Shown: positions 48,206-58,432 of the stretch, one piece after another
Layout of the letters: every line of letters starts with the position of its first letter
Position numbering within the stretch: position 1 is the first letter of the stretch
NCBI GenBank assembly: GCA_902530535.1
Contig: CACAAP010000003.1
Coordinates: 721-64,720 of the forward strand
Reading direction: 5' to 3'
From: an uncultured Candidatus Poseidoniales archaeon
Lineage (GTDB): Archaea > Thermoplasmatota > Poseidoniia > Poseidoniales > Thalassarchaeaceae
DNA length: 64,000 nt
Position numbers and translations under genes: made by a program
The notes under the pieces: generated by a model
Told to the model about the DNA's origin: nothing
What the model saw: the letters and a program-made list of their open reading frames with translations, nothing else
The model's database searches: none

Positions 48206-50584
48206 ATGTCTGACGTTGAGCGTTCGGCCTACAGGCAGCCAGTAACTGCCTCCGGACTAGAGGCGATAGAGTCCGGAACACTAACCTGGCTAGACGAGGA
48301 CATGTACAACAACCTGAACACCGGGGTCCTAGAGCAGTACCTGGAGGAGAAGAACCTCTCCGAATCTTTCGAGGTAAGCCACTGGGACACTCGCAAGGTC
48401 CTCATCGGGATCCTCGTAGGGGCGGTCTTCAGCGGAGTCACTGCCTACATCGGCCTCAAGATAGGGCTAGCCGTCTCAGCAGCATGGTACGTAGCATACC
48501 TGCTGGGGATGGCCCTCCAGTGGTCACCCTCCGAGGTGAACATAGCTACTAGCGCCACCACGGGTGCGACAAACGCGTCAATAGGCTTCATCTTCACATT
48601 CCCCGCCATCTTCCTACTGGCCTACTCAGACGACTACAGGGTCGGTGACGGGCATCTCCTGAGCTCCGTCGATACCCTGAATCTCGCATTCGTGGGAATA
48701 ATAGCCTCGATGTTCGCGGGTTTCCTGGGTGTGATGTACTTCATCATATTCAGACGAGTCTGGCTGGTCGAGGACCCACTGCCCATGCCCGGATTCGAGG
48801 CCACCCTCAAGATGCTGGACATATCCTCGGACGTTAGCGCAGGCTCGGCCGATGCAGCACGAGACTCCCTACGAACCGTAGGGGTGTGGACGGTTCTGAC
48901 GATGGGGATCATGTTCGTAATCGACTACCCCATTCGCTGGTCAAAGAAGCTCGCAGGAGTGCCGAGCAGCATCGCTGACTGGTTCGCGATGACACTGTCC
49001 GGTGAGAAGTGGGGCCTTGCTTCGGTCTACACAGAGAGGTGGATCCACCAGCCGAGCGAACTAGTCGAGGGCAAGTACGCCCCCTTCAACGGCATAACCC
49101 CCTACGAAGAGGGGAATCCCATGTCCTACACCTTCCTCGGCGTGGAGATCAGCCCGACCCTATTCGCAATAGGATGGTTCATGAAGTTCAGAGCAGCCCT
49201 ACTAGTAAACCTCGGGGCAATCCTCGCATGGTTCTGGCTTATCCCCCTTGCAGTGCTTCAGGACGTCCCTGTGTACGACCCAGAGCAGGGAGTCTACAAG
49301 GACATCACTGAGATGGGCCCCATCGTCCAATGGCAGGCCTTCGGCTCAATAATCCGTACCGTCGCGATAGGAGCGATCCTTGGAGGGGGATTCCTGGGAC
49401 TGTTCAAGATGGCCCCGACGTTCATCGGAATCTTCGGCGACATCACGCAGGCCTTCTCGGGAGAGCAGGGGGAGGAATACGTGGAAGGAAAGGGTTGGTA
49501 CGAATGGCCGCTGTACCACATCCCCATTTTCATGGCGATCTCGCTAGTTGCAATCACGGCCATCTTCGTCATAGGGGGATACCCTGTGTTGCCTTCGTTG
49601 ATATTCTCAGTCGTACTGCTATCGACTACTTTCCTCCTGGGTGCCATCGCCGTTAGGGTGATGGGGGAGACGGGAATCGAGCCAGTCTCAGGGACCTCGT
49701 TCATCGTCCTCCTTATTCTGCTGATGATATTCCTGAACCTGGACGTAGGGCTCAGCAAGGAGGAGTCAATACTGATGTCCCTCGTGGGGACTACGGTATT
49801 CGGCTCGGCGATCAGCATGAGTGGAACCGTTGTGGGTGACTACAAGAACAGCCTCTACATCGGAAACAGGCCATACCACATCTCCAAGGGCAACATAATG
49901 GGAGTAGTGCCCGGAGCCATTCTCGGTGCCGGAGTAGCCATATTCCTATCCAAGCTCCTAGCCGACGGTACAATAGAGCTGCTAGCCCCACAGGCAAATG
50001 CATTCGCATACTTCACCACCATACTGGCAGAGGGCCAGGGCAACTGGAGCGCACTACTTCTTGGCATGGCCCTCGGAGCCTTCGCCGAGTGGGCCACAGG
50101 GATGGGCACGTCATTCGGCTTGGGAATGTACCTCCCCACTCCTGCAACATTTCCGATGTTGATCGGCGGCGCCTACCGCTCTTGGTGGGAGGAGCGGAGG
50201 CTCAAGCCCATCGTGGAGTCTGTCAGGAAGGAGAAGGGAAACGCTGCTGCAGAGAAGAAGAGCGCGAGAATGCTCCTCCTGACGTTCATGATTGCAGCGG
50301 GAGCATTGACCGGTGAGGCATTCTACGGCGTCGAGGCTGCAATACTAGCCGTCCTAGACGAGATTTCGCTTGGAGGGGAGTTGCTCAAGACGTACTCCTG
50401 GTGGCCCTTTGCAAGACTGGCAGGCTTCGTAATCATCAATGTGGCACTAGGAATGATCGTTTACGTCCTTTTCAGAAAGGCCGGAATCATAGGGGGAGGG
50501 TCCAACGAAACTCCCCCTGAGACAAAGGCCACCACGCCTAAGGTTCCTTCCTGGGTCCCCTTGGATGCCGAGCTGGCGGACTGA
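48206..50584 (+). CDS. OPT/YSL family oligopeptide transporter
   Basis: YIGLKIG, EVNI, FIFTFPA, GETGIEPVSG, APQANA, FGLGMYLP and GALTGE motifs with many TMs. Confidence 0.88.
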   Translation: MSDVERSAYRQPVTASGLEAIESGTLTWLDEDMYNNLNTGVLEQYLEEKNLSESFEVSHWDTRKVLIGILVGAVFSGVTAYIGLKIGLAVSAAWYVAYLLGMALQWSPSEVNIATSATTGATNASIGFIFTFPAIFLLAYSDDYRVGDGHLLSSVDTLNLAFVGIIASMFAGFLGVMYFIIFRRVWLVEDPLPMPGFEATLKMLDISSDVSAGSADAARDSLRTVGVWTVLTMGIMFVIDYPIRWSKKLAGVPSSIADWFAMTLSGEKWGLASVYTERWIHQPSELVEGKYAPFNGITPYEEGNPMSYTFLGVEISPTLFAIGWFMKFRAALLVNLGAILAWFWLIPLAVLQDVPVYDPEQGVYKDITEMGPIVQWQAFGSIIRTVAIGAILGGGFLGLFKMAPTFIGIFGDITQAFSGEQGEEYVEGKGWYEWPLYHIPIFMAISLVAITAIFVIGGYPVLPSLIFSVVLLSTTFLLGAIAVRVMGETGIEPVSGTSFIVLLILLMIFLNLDVGLSKEESILMSLVGTTVFGSAISMSGTVVGDYKNSLYIGNRPYHISKGNIMGVVPGAILGAGVAIFLSKLLADGTIELLAPQANAFAYFTTILAEGQGNWSALLLGMALGAFAEWATGMGTSFGLGMYLPTPATFPMLIGGAYRSWWEERRLKPIVESVRKEKGNAAAEKKSARMLLLTFMIAAGALTGEAFYGVEAAILAVLDEISLGGELLKTYSWWPFARLAGFVIINVALGMIVYVLFRKAGIIGGGSNETPPETKATTPKVPSWVPLDAELAD

Positions 50585-50586
50585 AA

Positions 50587-51537
50587 ATGCCCGAGCAAAA
50601 GGAAATCCCGGCAAGCGCGTGGCTGATACTCTCTGTAGCAGTAATCGCAGTTTCTAGCGCAGGGATAGTGCTACAGGAGATGTCCAACGTCAAGCCTCTC
50701 CTACGTGCCTCATGGAGGATGCAGGGGACGGCACTGGTATTGCTTCCCGGATTCCTGTACCAGTTCAACCGTCTAGAGACTCCCTCGCTGACCATGAACG
50801 ACTGGCTTCTGATCATCGCTTCCAGCGGGTTCTTGGCAATTCACTTCGGAAGCTGGGTATGGTCTTTGGATAACACCAGCCTAGTCCACAGCCTCCTGTT
50901 CGTGAACACTCACCCGCTAATCGTGGTCGCACTGATGCCAATAATGGGAGAAGTAGTTCGTAGAGGACACCTAGAGGGGGTAATCATTGGCTTCGCAGGA
51001 GCCCTTGTAGCCCTGATGGACCTGGGAGATGGGGGAGAAGTGACCCTGATGGGAGATTTTGCCGCATTCCTGGGGGCAGTAACCATTGTCGGCTACATCC
51101 TAGTGGGCAGGGAGCTCAGATCTAACAGGGACATGCCGATTTTCGTCTATGCATTCCCCGTGACCATGGGCGCAGGAATCTGGCTGTCTCTTGGAACCGT
51201 GCTGTTCGAAGGCTCAGCCGTTACTTCCTTGCACCCCGAATCCTCGATCTTCGGATGGACAGACCCCTTCTGGATAGTTTGGGTTGGATACCTGTCTCTC
51301 GGTCCGGGACTCTGCGGGCATACAGGCTTCAACACGGTTCTGCGATGGATACCTCCGATAATAGTCTCAATCACGATGCTTTTGGAGCCCGTGATAGGGG
51401 CCATAATCGGCTACATGTGGACTGGAGATTCTTTGATAGGACTACCCACAGTAATAGGTGGACTGATGATGATGGCAGGAGCGATGCACGTGACTCTACA
51501 AGGAAAATCGAAATCCGAGGGGGAATCGGTTTCTTAA
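50587..51537 (+). CDS. DMT/EamA family transporter
   Basis: About 10 TM, FLAIHFGSW..SL..TS, GHTGFN..LR and LLEPVIG motifs. Confidence 0.87.
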   Translation: MPEQKEIPASAWLILSVAVIAVSSAGIVLQEMSNVKPLLRASWRMQGTALVLLPGFLYQFNRLETPSLTMNDWLLIIASSGFLAIHFGSWVWSLDNTSLVHSLLFVNTHPLIVVALMPIMGEVVRRGHLEGVIIGFAGALVALMDLGDGGEVTLMGDFAAFLGAVTIVGYILVGRELRSNRDMPIFVYAFPVTMGAGIWLSLGTVLFEGSAVTSLHPESSIFGWTDPFWIVWVGYLSLGPGLCGHTGFNTVLRWIPPIIVSITMLLEPVIGAIIGYMWTGDSLIGLPTVIGGLMMMAGAMHVTLQGKSKSEGESVS

Positions 51538-51558
51538 CCGCCCCATCGTGCGGAAAAC

Positions 51559-52485
51559 ATGCCAAGGTTCCCCATTCTCCTTACCAATGACGACGGCATT
51601 CACTCCCCCGGACTTCAGCATCTGGCATCGTCATTGCACTCTCTTGGACACCCGATAGCCATACTAGCACCTCTTACAGAGCAATCAGCGGTAGGGATGA
51701 AGCTCACTCTAAGAGATGACATGGCCTTCGAAGAGCACACTGATATCACTGAAAAAATCAGGACCGACGAGGCAGTTCCCCTGCGCGTGTTCTCGCTCGA
51801 TGGGTCTCCCTGCGACTGCGTCATCGTTGCTATCGATGGGGGGTTGAGGTCCTGGGCACCAGAGATACGGCCGTGGCTCTGCATTTCCGGCATCAACCGA
51901 GGGCCAAACCTCTCTGTGGACGTTCTTCACTCCGGAACGGTTTCCGCTGCTCGCGAGGCATCTCTATATGGCCTGCCATCTCTTTCCGTAAGCCTAGCCA
52001 CATACTCTCACCAAGACTACTCGCAATCCATAGAGGCAACCCTGGCTCTGGTGGAAAGACTATCCGAACTGGTCACAGTAGAACCGAGCAACATCCTGAG
52101 GCCAGCGGGTTCGAGGACAAGGCCGATTGAGGGAACCGGTCCACACTCTCTTAGATCATGGTTCATGCAGGGGAACATGTTCCTGAACCTAAACATCCCT
52201 GAAAATTGGAACGGCACATTCCAGACCGTGCCCCTAGGTGCTAGATGGTACCACAACGCGACTGACATGATAGATCAGAAATCCATGGGGGTGGCCTTTG
52301 AGGTCGGGGCAGCCAGAATCGTCGACGAGGAAATTGAAATGACTGACTGCCATGCAATCGCGTCCGGGAGCGCATCGATTACCCCTTTGGCAAGCTGGCC
52401 CCAGAATCACCCGCTCGGAGTCCCGCAATCGATTATGGAAGCGTCTACGGTGATGGATGCTGATGGGATGCCTTCATGGATCTAG
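51559..52485 (+). CDS. surE: 5'/3'-nucleotidase SurE
   Basis: ILLTNDDGIHSPG, EQSA, GSPCDCV, SGINRGPN, HSGTVSAAREA. Confidence 0.93.
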   Translation: MPRFPILLTNDDGIHSPGLQHLASSLHSLGHPIAILAPLTEQSAVGMKLTLRDDMAFEEHTDITEKIRTDEAVPLRVFSLDGSPCDCVIVAIDGGLRSWAPEIRPWLCISGINRGPNLSVDVLHSGTVSAAREASLYGLPSLSVSLATYSHQDYSQSIEATLALVERLSELVTVEPSNILRPAGSRTRPIEGTGPHSLRSWFMQGNMFLNLNIPENWNGTFQTVPLGARWYHNATDMIDQKSMGVAFEVGAARIVDEEIEMTDCHAIASGSASITPLASWPQNHPLGVPQSIMEASTVMDADGMPSWI

Positions 52486-53072
52486 GACTCGTCAAGGAGA
52501 TGATGGATTATGGAGATGCAGGAGTGCCCCTGCAACCACTCTCTTCCCAGCGAGAGTGAATATAAACTGCGAACACTGGCCTTGTCATGATCCGAAAGGG
52601 GCTGATCATCCGATAGAATGAACCCTAGGTCATTGGGATGTTGTATCGAATTGAAATCTCTCCCTTCAGCATCTAGCAATACTGGGATAACCCCTCTTTC
52701 CTCCCAATCCTGGAGGGTCTGGTTGATATCCCCTCCAGAGTGCAGTATCCCACTTGAGAACTCTTTGAATCGATCCCTCGGAGGAATCGGAAGCTTGTTT
52801 ATTCCCTTAATCTGCCCAGCAATTGATCTTTCATCCGGCCTTAATCCCCCTATTCTGGTACCATCGAACCATATCCTCCTATTCGGACCTCCTCCTCCCA
52901 TCAGGTGAAGAATCACATGGCAATAATCGCGAATTCCATGTGAGACAAACAGGGCAGCATTTACCGCTCTAACAAGGACGTCCATCCTGCCTCCAGAACC
53001 AGGAAGGTCATTCAGATTAAGCGGCCCTTCGCTTGGAGCCCTATGGCCGATTATAGCGAACCATCTCTCCAG
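52482..53072 (-). CDS. trmY: tRNA (pseudouridine54-N1)-methyltransferase, SPOUT
   Basis: LNDLPGSGGRMDVLVR, LFVSHGIR, LRPDERS, FILSD, SLG..WL. Probable start CTG 53072; alternative ATG 53099. Confidence 0.88.
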   Translation of the reverse strand: MERWFAIIGHRAPSEGPLNLNDLPGSGGRMDVLVRAVNAALFVSHGIRDYCHVILHLMGGGGPNRRIWFDGTRIGGLRPDERSIAGQIKGINKLPIPPRDRFKEFSSGILHSGGDINQTLQDWEERGVIPVLLDAEGRDFNSIQHPNDLGFILSDDQPLSDHDKASVRSLYSLSLGREWLQGHSCISIIHHLLDES

Positions 53073-53076
53073 AAGA

Positions 53077-54432
53077 TCACCCCAGATCGATCTCTTCATC
53101 GAGCCCCATCATGGACTCCATCTGGCGTCTCATCTTCCTATCTCCTCTGAATCCACGCATCATCTTCTTGCTCCTATTCCATTGAGTAATGAGTTCCTTG
53201 ACCTCTCTTTCCTCACATCCAGAACCTCTGGCGATCCTCCTAATTCTACTCGACTTCAGGAGCAGGGGGTCGTCCTTCTCCTCTTGGGTCATCGAGTCCA
53301 TAACTATCCTGTACTTATCCAGGTTAGACTGCATCTGCTTCTTCTGAGCCACTCCCATATTGCCCATTCCTCCGAACATAGCGTCTGGGAGGTGTGATAG
53401 GACCTTGTCAAGAGTTCCAATTTTGCTCATCATCTCCATCTGCGCATACATGTCGGTGAGAGTGAATCTCCCTGACATCAACCTCTTTGTCAGGCGCATT
53501 GCCTCCTGCTCGTCTAGGTCCTCGGGGGCTAGGTCGATGAGGCCCTTGATGTCACCCATTCCAAGAAGCCTGGAAATGAACCGATCAGACTCGAATTTCT
53601 CTATATCACCAATCCTCTCCCCCTCTCCCACGAAGACGATCGGCGCACCTGTCGTAGAAACCGCGCTTAACGCCCCCCCTCCTCTAGCAGTTCCATCTAA
53701 CTTGGTCACGATTGTCCCAGTAACTCCTACCAACTCATGAAAGGTCTCGGCCATAGGCCCGGCAGCCTGCCCGACTTGAGCGTCAATTACCAGAAAGCGC
53801 TCTGAAGCGTTCGCAATACTTGCAATCTCCAGTAGTTCTTCCTTAAGCTCCCCATCTAGGCTGTCCCTGCCGGCGGTGTCTATGATCACGATGTCTGCGG
53901 TTCCAACCTTGCTGAGGCCATTTCTAACTATCTGGGATGCAACCTTTTCTCCAGGCTCTCCGTATACCTCTATGCCAGTACCCTCGAGCATCTGACTGAG
54001 TTGTTCGAACGCTCCTGGCCTATGCACGTCCGCTTCGATAACTGCAACCTTTGCTCCGTGCGCTTTTCTCCACCAGTCTGCCAATTTTGCGGTGGTGGTT
54101 GTCTTTCCCTGACCATAGAGGCCTACCATAAGCACTGTTTGGTTGTGTGGCTTGATCTCCCTAGGCGGTCCAAGAATCCTTACTAGTTCAGAATATATGA
54201 GGTTCATAGCATGAGTTTCGAGCTTCACTCCCGGTCGCGACTCCTCTTCCAAAATCCCCCTTTCTACCCTTTCAGTCAGCTCCTTTGCCTGTCTGACATT
54301 GAAATCTGCTTCTAGTAGGGCCCTCCTGAGTGACTTGCTAAGATCCTTGACGGTGTCCTGATCGACTTTCCTCTTTCCCTTCAGGAGCCCTATTGATCCT
54401 AGAACTCTACGCTTGAATCCCTCCAGAGCCAT
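53077..54432 (-). CDS. srp54: Signal recognition particle protein SRP54
   Basis: ALLEADFN, GLYGQGKTTT, DTAGR, TKLDGTARGGGALS, and Met-rich M domain with SRIRRIARGSG. Confidence 0.96.
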   Translation of the reverse strand: MALEGFKRRVLGSIGLLKGKRKVDQDTVKDLSKSLRRALLEADFNVRQAKELTERVERGILEEESRPGVKLETHAMNLIYSELVRILGPPREIKPHNQTVLMVGLYGQGKTTTTAKLADWWRKAHGAKVAVIEADVHRPGAFEQLSQMLEGTGIEVYGEPGEKVASQIVRNGLSKVGTADIVIIDTAGRDSLDGELKEELLEIASIANASERFLVIDAQVGQAAGPMAETFHELVGVTGTIVTKLDGTARGGGALSAVSTTGAPIVFVGEGERIGDIEKFESDRFISRLLGMGDIKGLIDLAPEDLDEQEAMRLTKRLMSGRFTLTDMYAQMEMMSKIGTLDKVLSHLPDAMFGGMGNMGVAQKKQMQSNLDKYRIVMDSMTQEEKDDPLLLKSSRIRRIARGSGCEEREVKELITQWNRSKKMMRGFRGDRKMRRQMESMMGLDEEIDLG

Positions 54433-54535
54433 ATTGTCCGGCTACAATCGTGCCGTTTGAACGTTATCTGGTTATTCGAGCCATTTGACGCTTACTTATC
54501 CGCTGTACTGAAAGGGTGCGCGTCATGGGAAGTGT

Positions 54536-55327
54536 GTGGCTGACGCTCCTATTGAGATGTGGGAGATGCAACTGGCTTTTGCAATAGGATTGCTGGGCAT
54601 CTACGTAGGCTGGAGGGGAACTATAGCCAGGATGACGGGTTTCTATGACCTATCTGGTGCTGCAAAGTCATTGTTATTTGGAATTGTCTCAGGAGTGCTT
54701 GCCGCTTCAGCAATCGACGCACTAATTCTAGCCGAAGTTAGGAATCAATCTCAGAACATCATCTCACTTAGCTCGATAGCTTTCATGATAGCTCTGGCTG
54801 AATCGTCTTTCGTACTTTTTCTGCTCGGTAGAACTAGAACTGTTGGATTGAGGGCTTGCGCCCCTTACGGATGGACTCTAGGTTTGGGTTTCGGTGCAAT
54901 GCGCTCAGCCCACCTCAACGTACGTCTATTCGATCCAGTAGTCTGGGAAGGTACCGGATTCAGTGCTCAGAACATCGCTCTAGCGTGTTTACTGACAATT
55001 ACTACCTGCCTAGCGCATGCATCCATAGGTACTTGGCAAGGGTCTAGAATTCTGGATAATCAAAGATTTCGACCTCTTGTATACGCCTCATTCGCTAGGA
55101 TGGTAGTTATTCTAGTGACGGTGCTTTCTGTCTTCTTCCCATTGACCATCGCTCTCTTGGCCCCATTCGTCGTTTGGTCTTGGTTTCCAGCCCAGGAGTC
55201 TTGGCTGCCGTCTGGTATGACTCCAGCAGCCAGACAGGCATACAGGCGCACACTTCGGCAATCCGTCGTCAACCGGTCTCGAGCACAAACCAGAATTAGG
55301 GGAGAAACCGTGGAATCAGAAGAATAG
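54536..55327 (+). CDS. Membrane protein, possibly degenerate PrsW/YhfC-like
   Basis: About 6-7 TM with GLGFG and LAHAS motifs; canonical EExxK not present. Confidence 0.6.
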   Translation: MADAPIEMWEMQLAFAIGLLGIYVGWRGTIARMTGFYDLSGAAKSLLFGIVSGVLAASAIDALILAEVRNQSQNIISLSSIAFMIALAESSFVLFLLGRTRTVGLRACAPYGWTLGLGFGAMRSAHLNVRLFDPVVWEGTGFSAQNIALACLLTITTCLAHASIGTWQGSRILDNQRFRPLVYASFARMVVILVTVLSVFFPLTIALLAPFVVWSWFPAQESWLPSGMTPAARQAYRRTLRQSVVNRSRAQTRIRGETVESEE

Positions 55328-55404
55328 TTCCGTTCTAGGACACTTTAGGCCTTTTTCCACATATGGCGCAGGATTATATCCAGTCCGCATATTCATTTGT
55401 TTGA

Positions 55405-56829
55405 ATGCGAGTGATTATCGCAGGTGCCGGCGAGGTCGGCCGGGGTGTTGCCGCAGCGCTTCGAGGCGAGAAGCGAGGAGTTGCGATGATCGATCCCGAC
55501 CCCAATGCAATTAGCGACTCCCAATCTCTAGATTGCTTGCTGATAACGGGCAACGCCCTATCAAGGGACTCTCTAGTAAGAGCTGGAATCAATGATGCTG
55601 AGATCATCGTCTTCGCAACCAATGATGACAATGTCAACATCTTAGGATGCGCTTTCGCCAAGAGGGTGTTCAGCGAACAGGTGGGCGACAGAACTGCTTC
55701 CGGGCTGATCACTATCGCCAATGTACGTGACTCAGAGATAACTCACCCTTCGAGGGGTGCCGGACCGTTGGAGAATTGGGCTCGTACAAACTTTGTTGTT
55801 TCACCTTCGACAGATGTTGTAGAACAACTAATCTCCGGATTAGTATCCCCTACCCTTTCTGATATCATCCCAATGGGTGATAACGCTTGGATTGTCGAGT
55901 CTGCTGTATCAGTTGGCTCTCCTATGGTTGGCTCAACAATCGAAGATGCCAATTCGAGCTCCACAAAAGATCCGGATTATCCCCGAATCATAGCAATGAA
56001 AGCGGGTAGCAGGAAGGGGCGAATAGTTTCAGGAAATGAAATAATCCAACAGGGGGACATGTTGGTCTTTGTTACAGGTTCAACCAAATTCTTCGGTGAG
56101 ATTGCCCGATTGGTCGGGGATGAGAATTCTGAGATGCCGGATAAGCCGACTGTGGCAATTTTCGGAGCAACCAACTTCGGTAGCAAACTAGCGGAGCACT
56201 ACCTCAATATGGGCTCGAACGTAGTAATCATTGAACCCGATCTAGACTCAGCTAACGCAATAGTTGGATCCCGCATTGGTGTCAATAAGAGGTTGGACGT
56301 GATACACGGTGATCCTCAGGACGAGGATCTTCTACGCGAACTCGCAGTGGAAGATCACGATATTGCAATCTCTACTCTCAGTGATGATAATCTGAATATT
56401 TCGATAGCTATGAGGACATTCGACAAAGGCGTTTCCAGAACTGGCTTAATTCTCAAGGATAGGGCCCTAGTAGAGGCAATTCAGCGTATTGGACTAAGGC
56501 CGGTGAGTAAGCGCAGAGTGGCAATAAAGTCGATTCTCAAAGCCATCCACATGCATGTCCCAGGACTATACGAGCCAATTCCCAGAATCCCATCTTTGGT
56601 ATCTATGTCTGCTGAGATAAATGCCGGAAACGGACTACTAGGGAAGGAATTGCCAGAAGTAGAGGACATAATTGGGGCTAACCTAGTTATGCTGGAGAGG
56701 CTAGATAATGATGGAACATTCAACAACATAATCGAGGAAAACATCGGAACCATCCAAGAAGGTGACAGGCTCTACTTGATTCTTGAGATAGATGATGTAG
56801 GCAAGGCCGAGGAGATATTGCGGAGCTAG
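55405..56829 (+). CDS. trkA: Trk potassium uptake NAD-binding subunit
   Basis: Two RCK_N Rossmann motifs (GAGEVG, GATNFG), each followed by RCK_C. Adjacent to trkH. Confidence 0.9.
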   Translation: MRVIIAGAGEVGRGVAAALRGEKRGVAMIDPDPNAISDSQSLDCLLITGNALSRDSLVRAGINDAEIIVFATNDDNVNILGCAFAKRVFSEQVGDRTASGLITIANVRDSEITHPSRGAGPLENWARTNFVVSPSTDVVEQLISGLVSPTLSDIIPMGDNAWIVESAVSVGSPMVGSTIEDANSSSTKDPDYPRIIAMKAGSRKGRIVSGNEIIQQGDMLVFVTGSTKFFGEIARLVGDENSEMPDKPTVAIFGATNFGSKLAEHYLNMGSNVVIIEPDLDSANAIVGSRIGVNKRLDVIHGDPQDEDLLRELAVEDHDIAISTLSDDNLNISIAMRTFDKGVSRTGLILKDRALVEAIQRIGLRPVSKRRVAIKSILKAIHMHVPGLYEPIPRIPSLVSMSAEINAGNGLLGKELPEVEDIIGANLVMLERLDNDGTFNNIIEENIGTIQEGDRLYLILEIDDVGKAEEILRS

Positions 56830-56830
56830 T

Positions 56831-58432
56831 ATGCGTTGGGGAGTAGTTAGCCTAATTCTCGGCTGGACTATCGGGCTCGTCTCAGTACCATTAGTGGTTG
56901 TCGGTCTTTACAGCCTCTATGTCGAGGGATTTGAACAAGCTATTCGCACCTTCGCTCTTCCGGCGACTATTTCACTTTCATTGGGCTATTTGATGATTTT
57001 CCGCTCAGGCGTATCTGAGCCTTCATCCCTGGTTCGAGATAGAGAGGCATTCGCTTCTGTGGCCCTTGGTTGGATCCCTGTGGTCATAGTGGGGGCTCTT
57101 CCTCTTTGGCTAGGGGGAATGTTTCACGGCCCCTTCGGGGATTTCTGGAACCCAGGGGGAGCAAACTCAAACTCTCAGATGATGTATGGGCTACTCCACT
57201 CTTGGTTCGAGTCGATGTCTGGATTCACAACTACGGGGGCTTCCATTGTAGACCCAGCAACTAGCCCTGTTTGCGGTTCTGGAGCCGCCGTGTTAAACGA
57301 TTTCAGTGGTGACTGCCTTGGTAGTCAGAGGAAAAGCCTGATTCTATGGAGGTCAGTTTCTCAATGGATTGGCGGGATGGGGGTCATTATGCTCGGGCTT
57401 CTCATCTTCTCAAGGGCCCTAGGAGGGGGCATGGCATTAGCGAGAGCAGAATTGACAGGGCCATCTGTGTCGAACCTTGGAACTACTCTCGAGAGCACGG
57501 CTAGGAAACTCTGGGGGATATACGTAGGTCTCACAGTACTCCAGGCGATACTCCTCTCACAACTGACTAGTATGGACCCATTCGATGCGGTCAACTATGC
57601 TCTAACAACAATGCCTTCAGGTGGTTTTGGAACAACTGATTCTGGAATAATGCAGTTTGATGACTACATTATTGAGTCGATTGTGATGCTCTTCATGCTT
57701 CTAACTTGTATTAACTTCAGCCTCCTGTATTTCGCATTTTCAGGAAGGTCGAATGAGATTTGGAAGGACGAGGAGCTTCGAACTTATCTGCTAATTGTCT
57801 TCATCGCATGGATTGCCATGGCAGTCAATATATCTCGCTCTAGCGATTTAGATTATGGAATATTGGAATCCATCAGATACTCCATATTTCAGGCAATCTC
57901 AATCACCAGTACTGGTTACTCTAGTGCAGATTTCTCCCAGTGGCCAGTATTCAGTCAATTTGTTCTGCTACTGCTGATGATAATCGGGGCCAGTGCTGGA
58001 TCTACTGGTGGCGGACTCAAGGTGCTTAGGATCCGCATTGCCTTCGAACTGGCGAAGAGGGAGGTCATGAAGATAATTCAGCCAAGGAAGGTTGTTGCGA
58101 TTAGGTTCAATAGATCCGTTGTTGATGAGCAGCGGGTTTGGATAATTCTTGGAATGGTAAGCTCATGGATGGTCTTGGTCACAGCGTCAATGCTCACTAT
58201 TTCCTTCCTAGAGCCAGATTTGACTATGACAGATGTACTCTCTGTTTCCATCTCCCTTCTCGGTAATACTGGTCCCGCATTGGGAGAATTCGGACCTTCC
58301 GGTGCTGCTGCTGCATGGGCTGGGATGAGTATTCCTTCGTTACTGGCTTCTACGATATTGATGTGGCTAGGTCGTCTCGAACTTCTGACTGTACTCGTTC
58401 TTCTCCATCCAAGGACTTGGGATTCAGACTAA
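56831..58432 (+). CDS. trkH: Trk potassium uptake membrane subunit
   Basis: FESMSGFTTTGAS, QWIGGMG, SGGF, GSTGGGLK, GNTGP and GRLE pore-loop motifs. Confidence 0.94.
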   Translation: MRWGVVSLILGWTIGLVSVPLVVVGLYSLYVEGFEQAIRTFALPATISLSLGYLMIFRSGVSEPSSLVRDREAFASVALGWIPVVIVGALPLWLGGMFHGPFGDFWNPGGANSNSQMMYGLLHSWFESMSGFTTTGASIVDPATSPVCGSGAAVLNDFSGDCLGSQRKSLILWRSVSQWIGGMGVIMLGLLIFSRALGGGMALARAELTGPSVSNLGTTLESTARKLWGIYVGLTVLQAILLSQLTSMDPFDAVNYALTTMPSGGFGTTDSGIMQFDDYIIESIVMLFMLLTCINFSLLYFAFSGRSNEIWKDEELRTYLLIVFIAWIAMAVNISRSSDLDYGILESIRYSIFQAISITSTGYSSADFSQWPVFSQFVLLLLMIIGASAGSTGGGLKVLRIRIAFELAKREVMKIIQPRKVVAIRFNRSVVDEQRVWIILGMVSSWMVLVTASMLTISFLEPDLTMTDVLSVSISLLGNTGPALGEFGPSGAAAAWAGMSIPSLLASTILMWLGRLELLTVLVLLHPRTWDSD

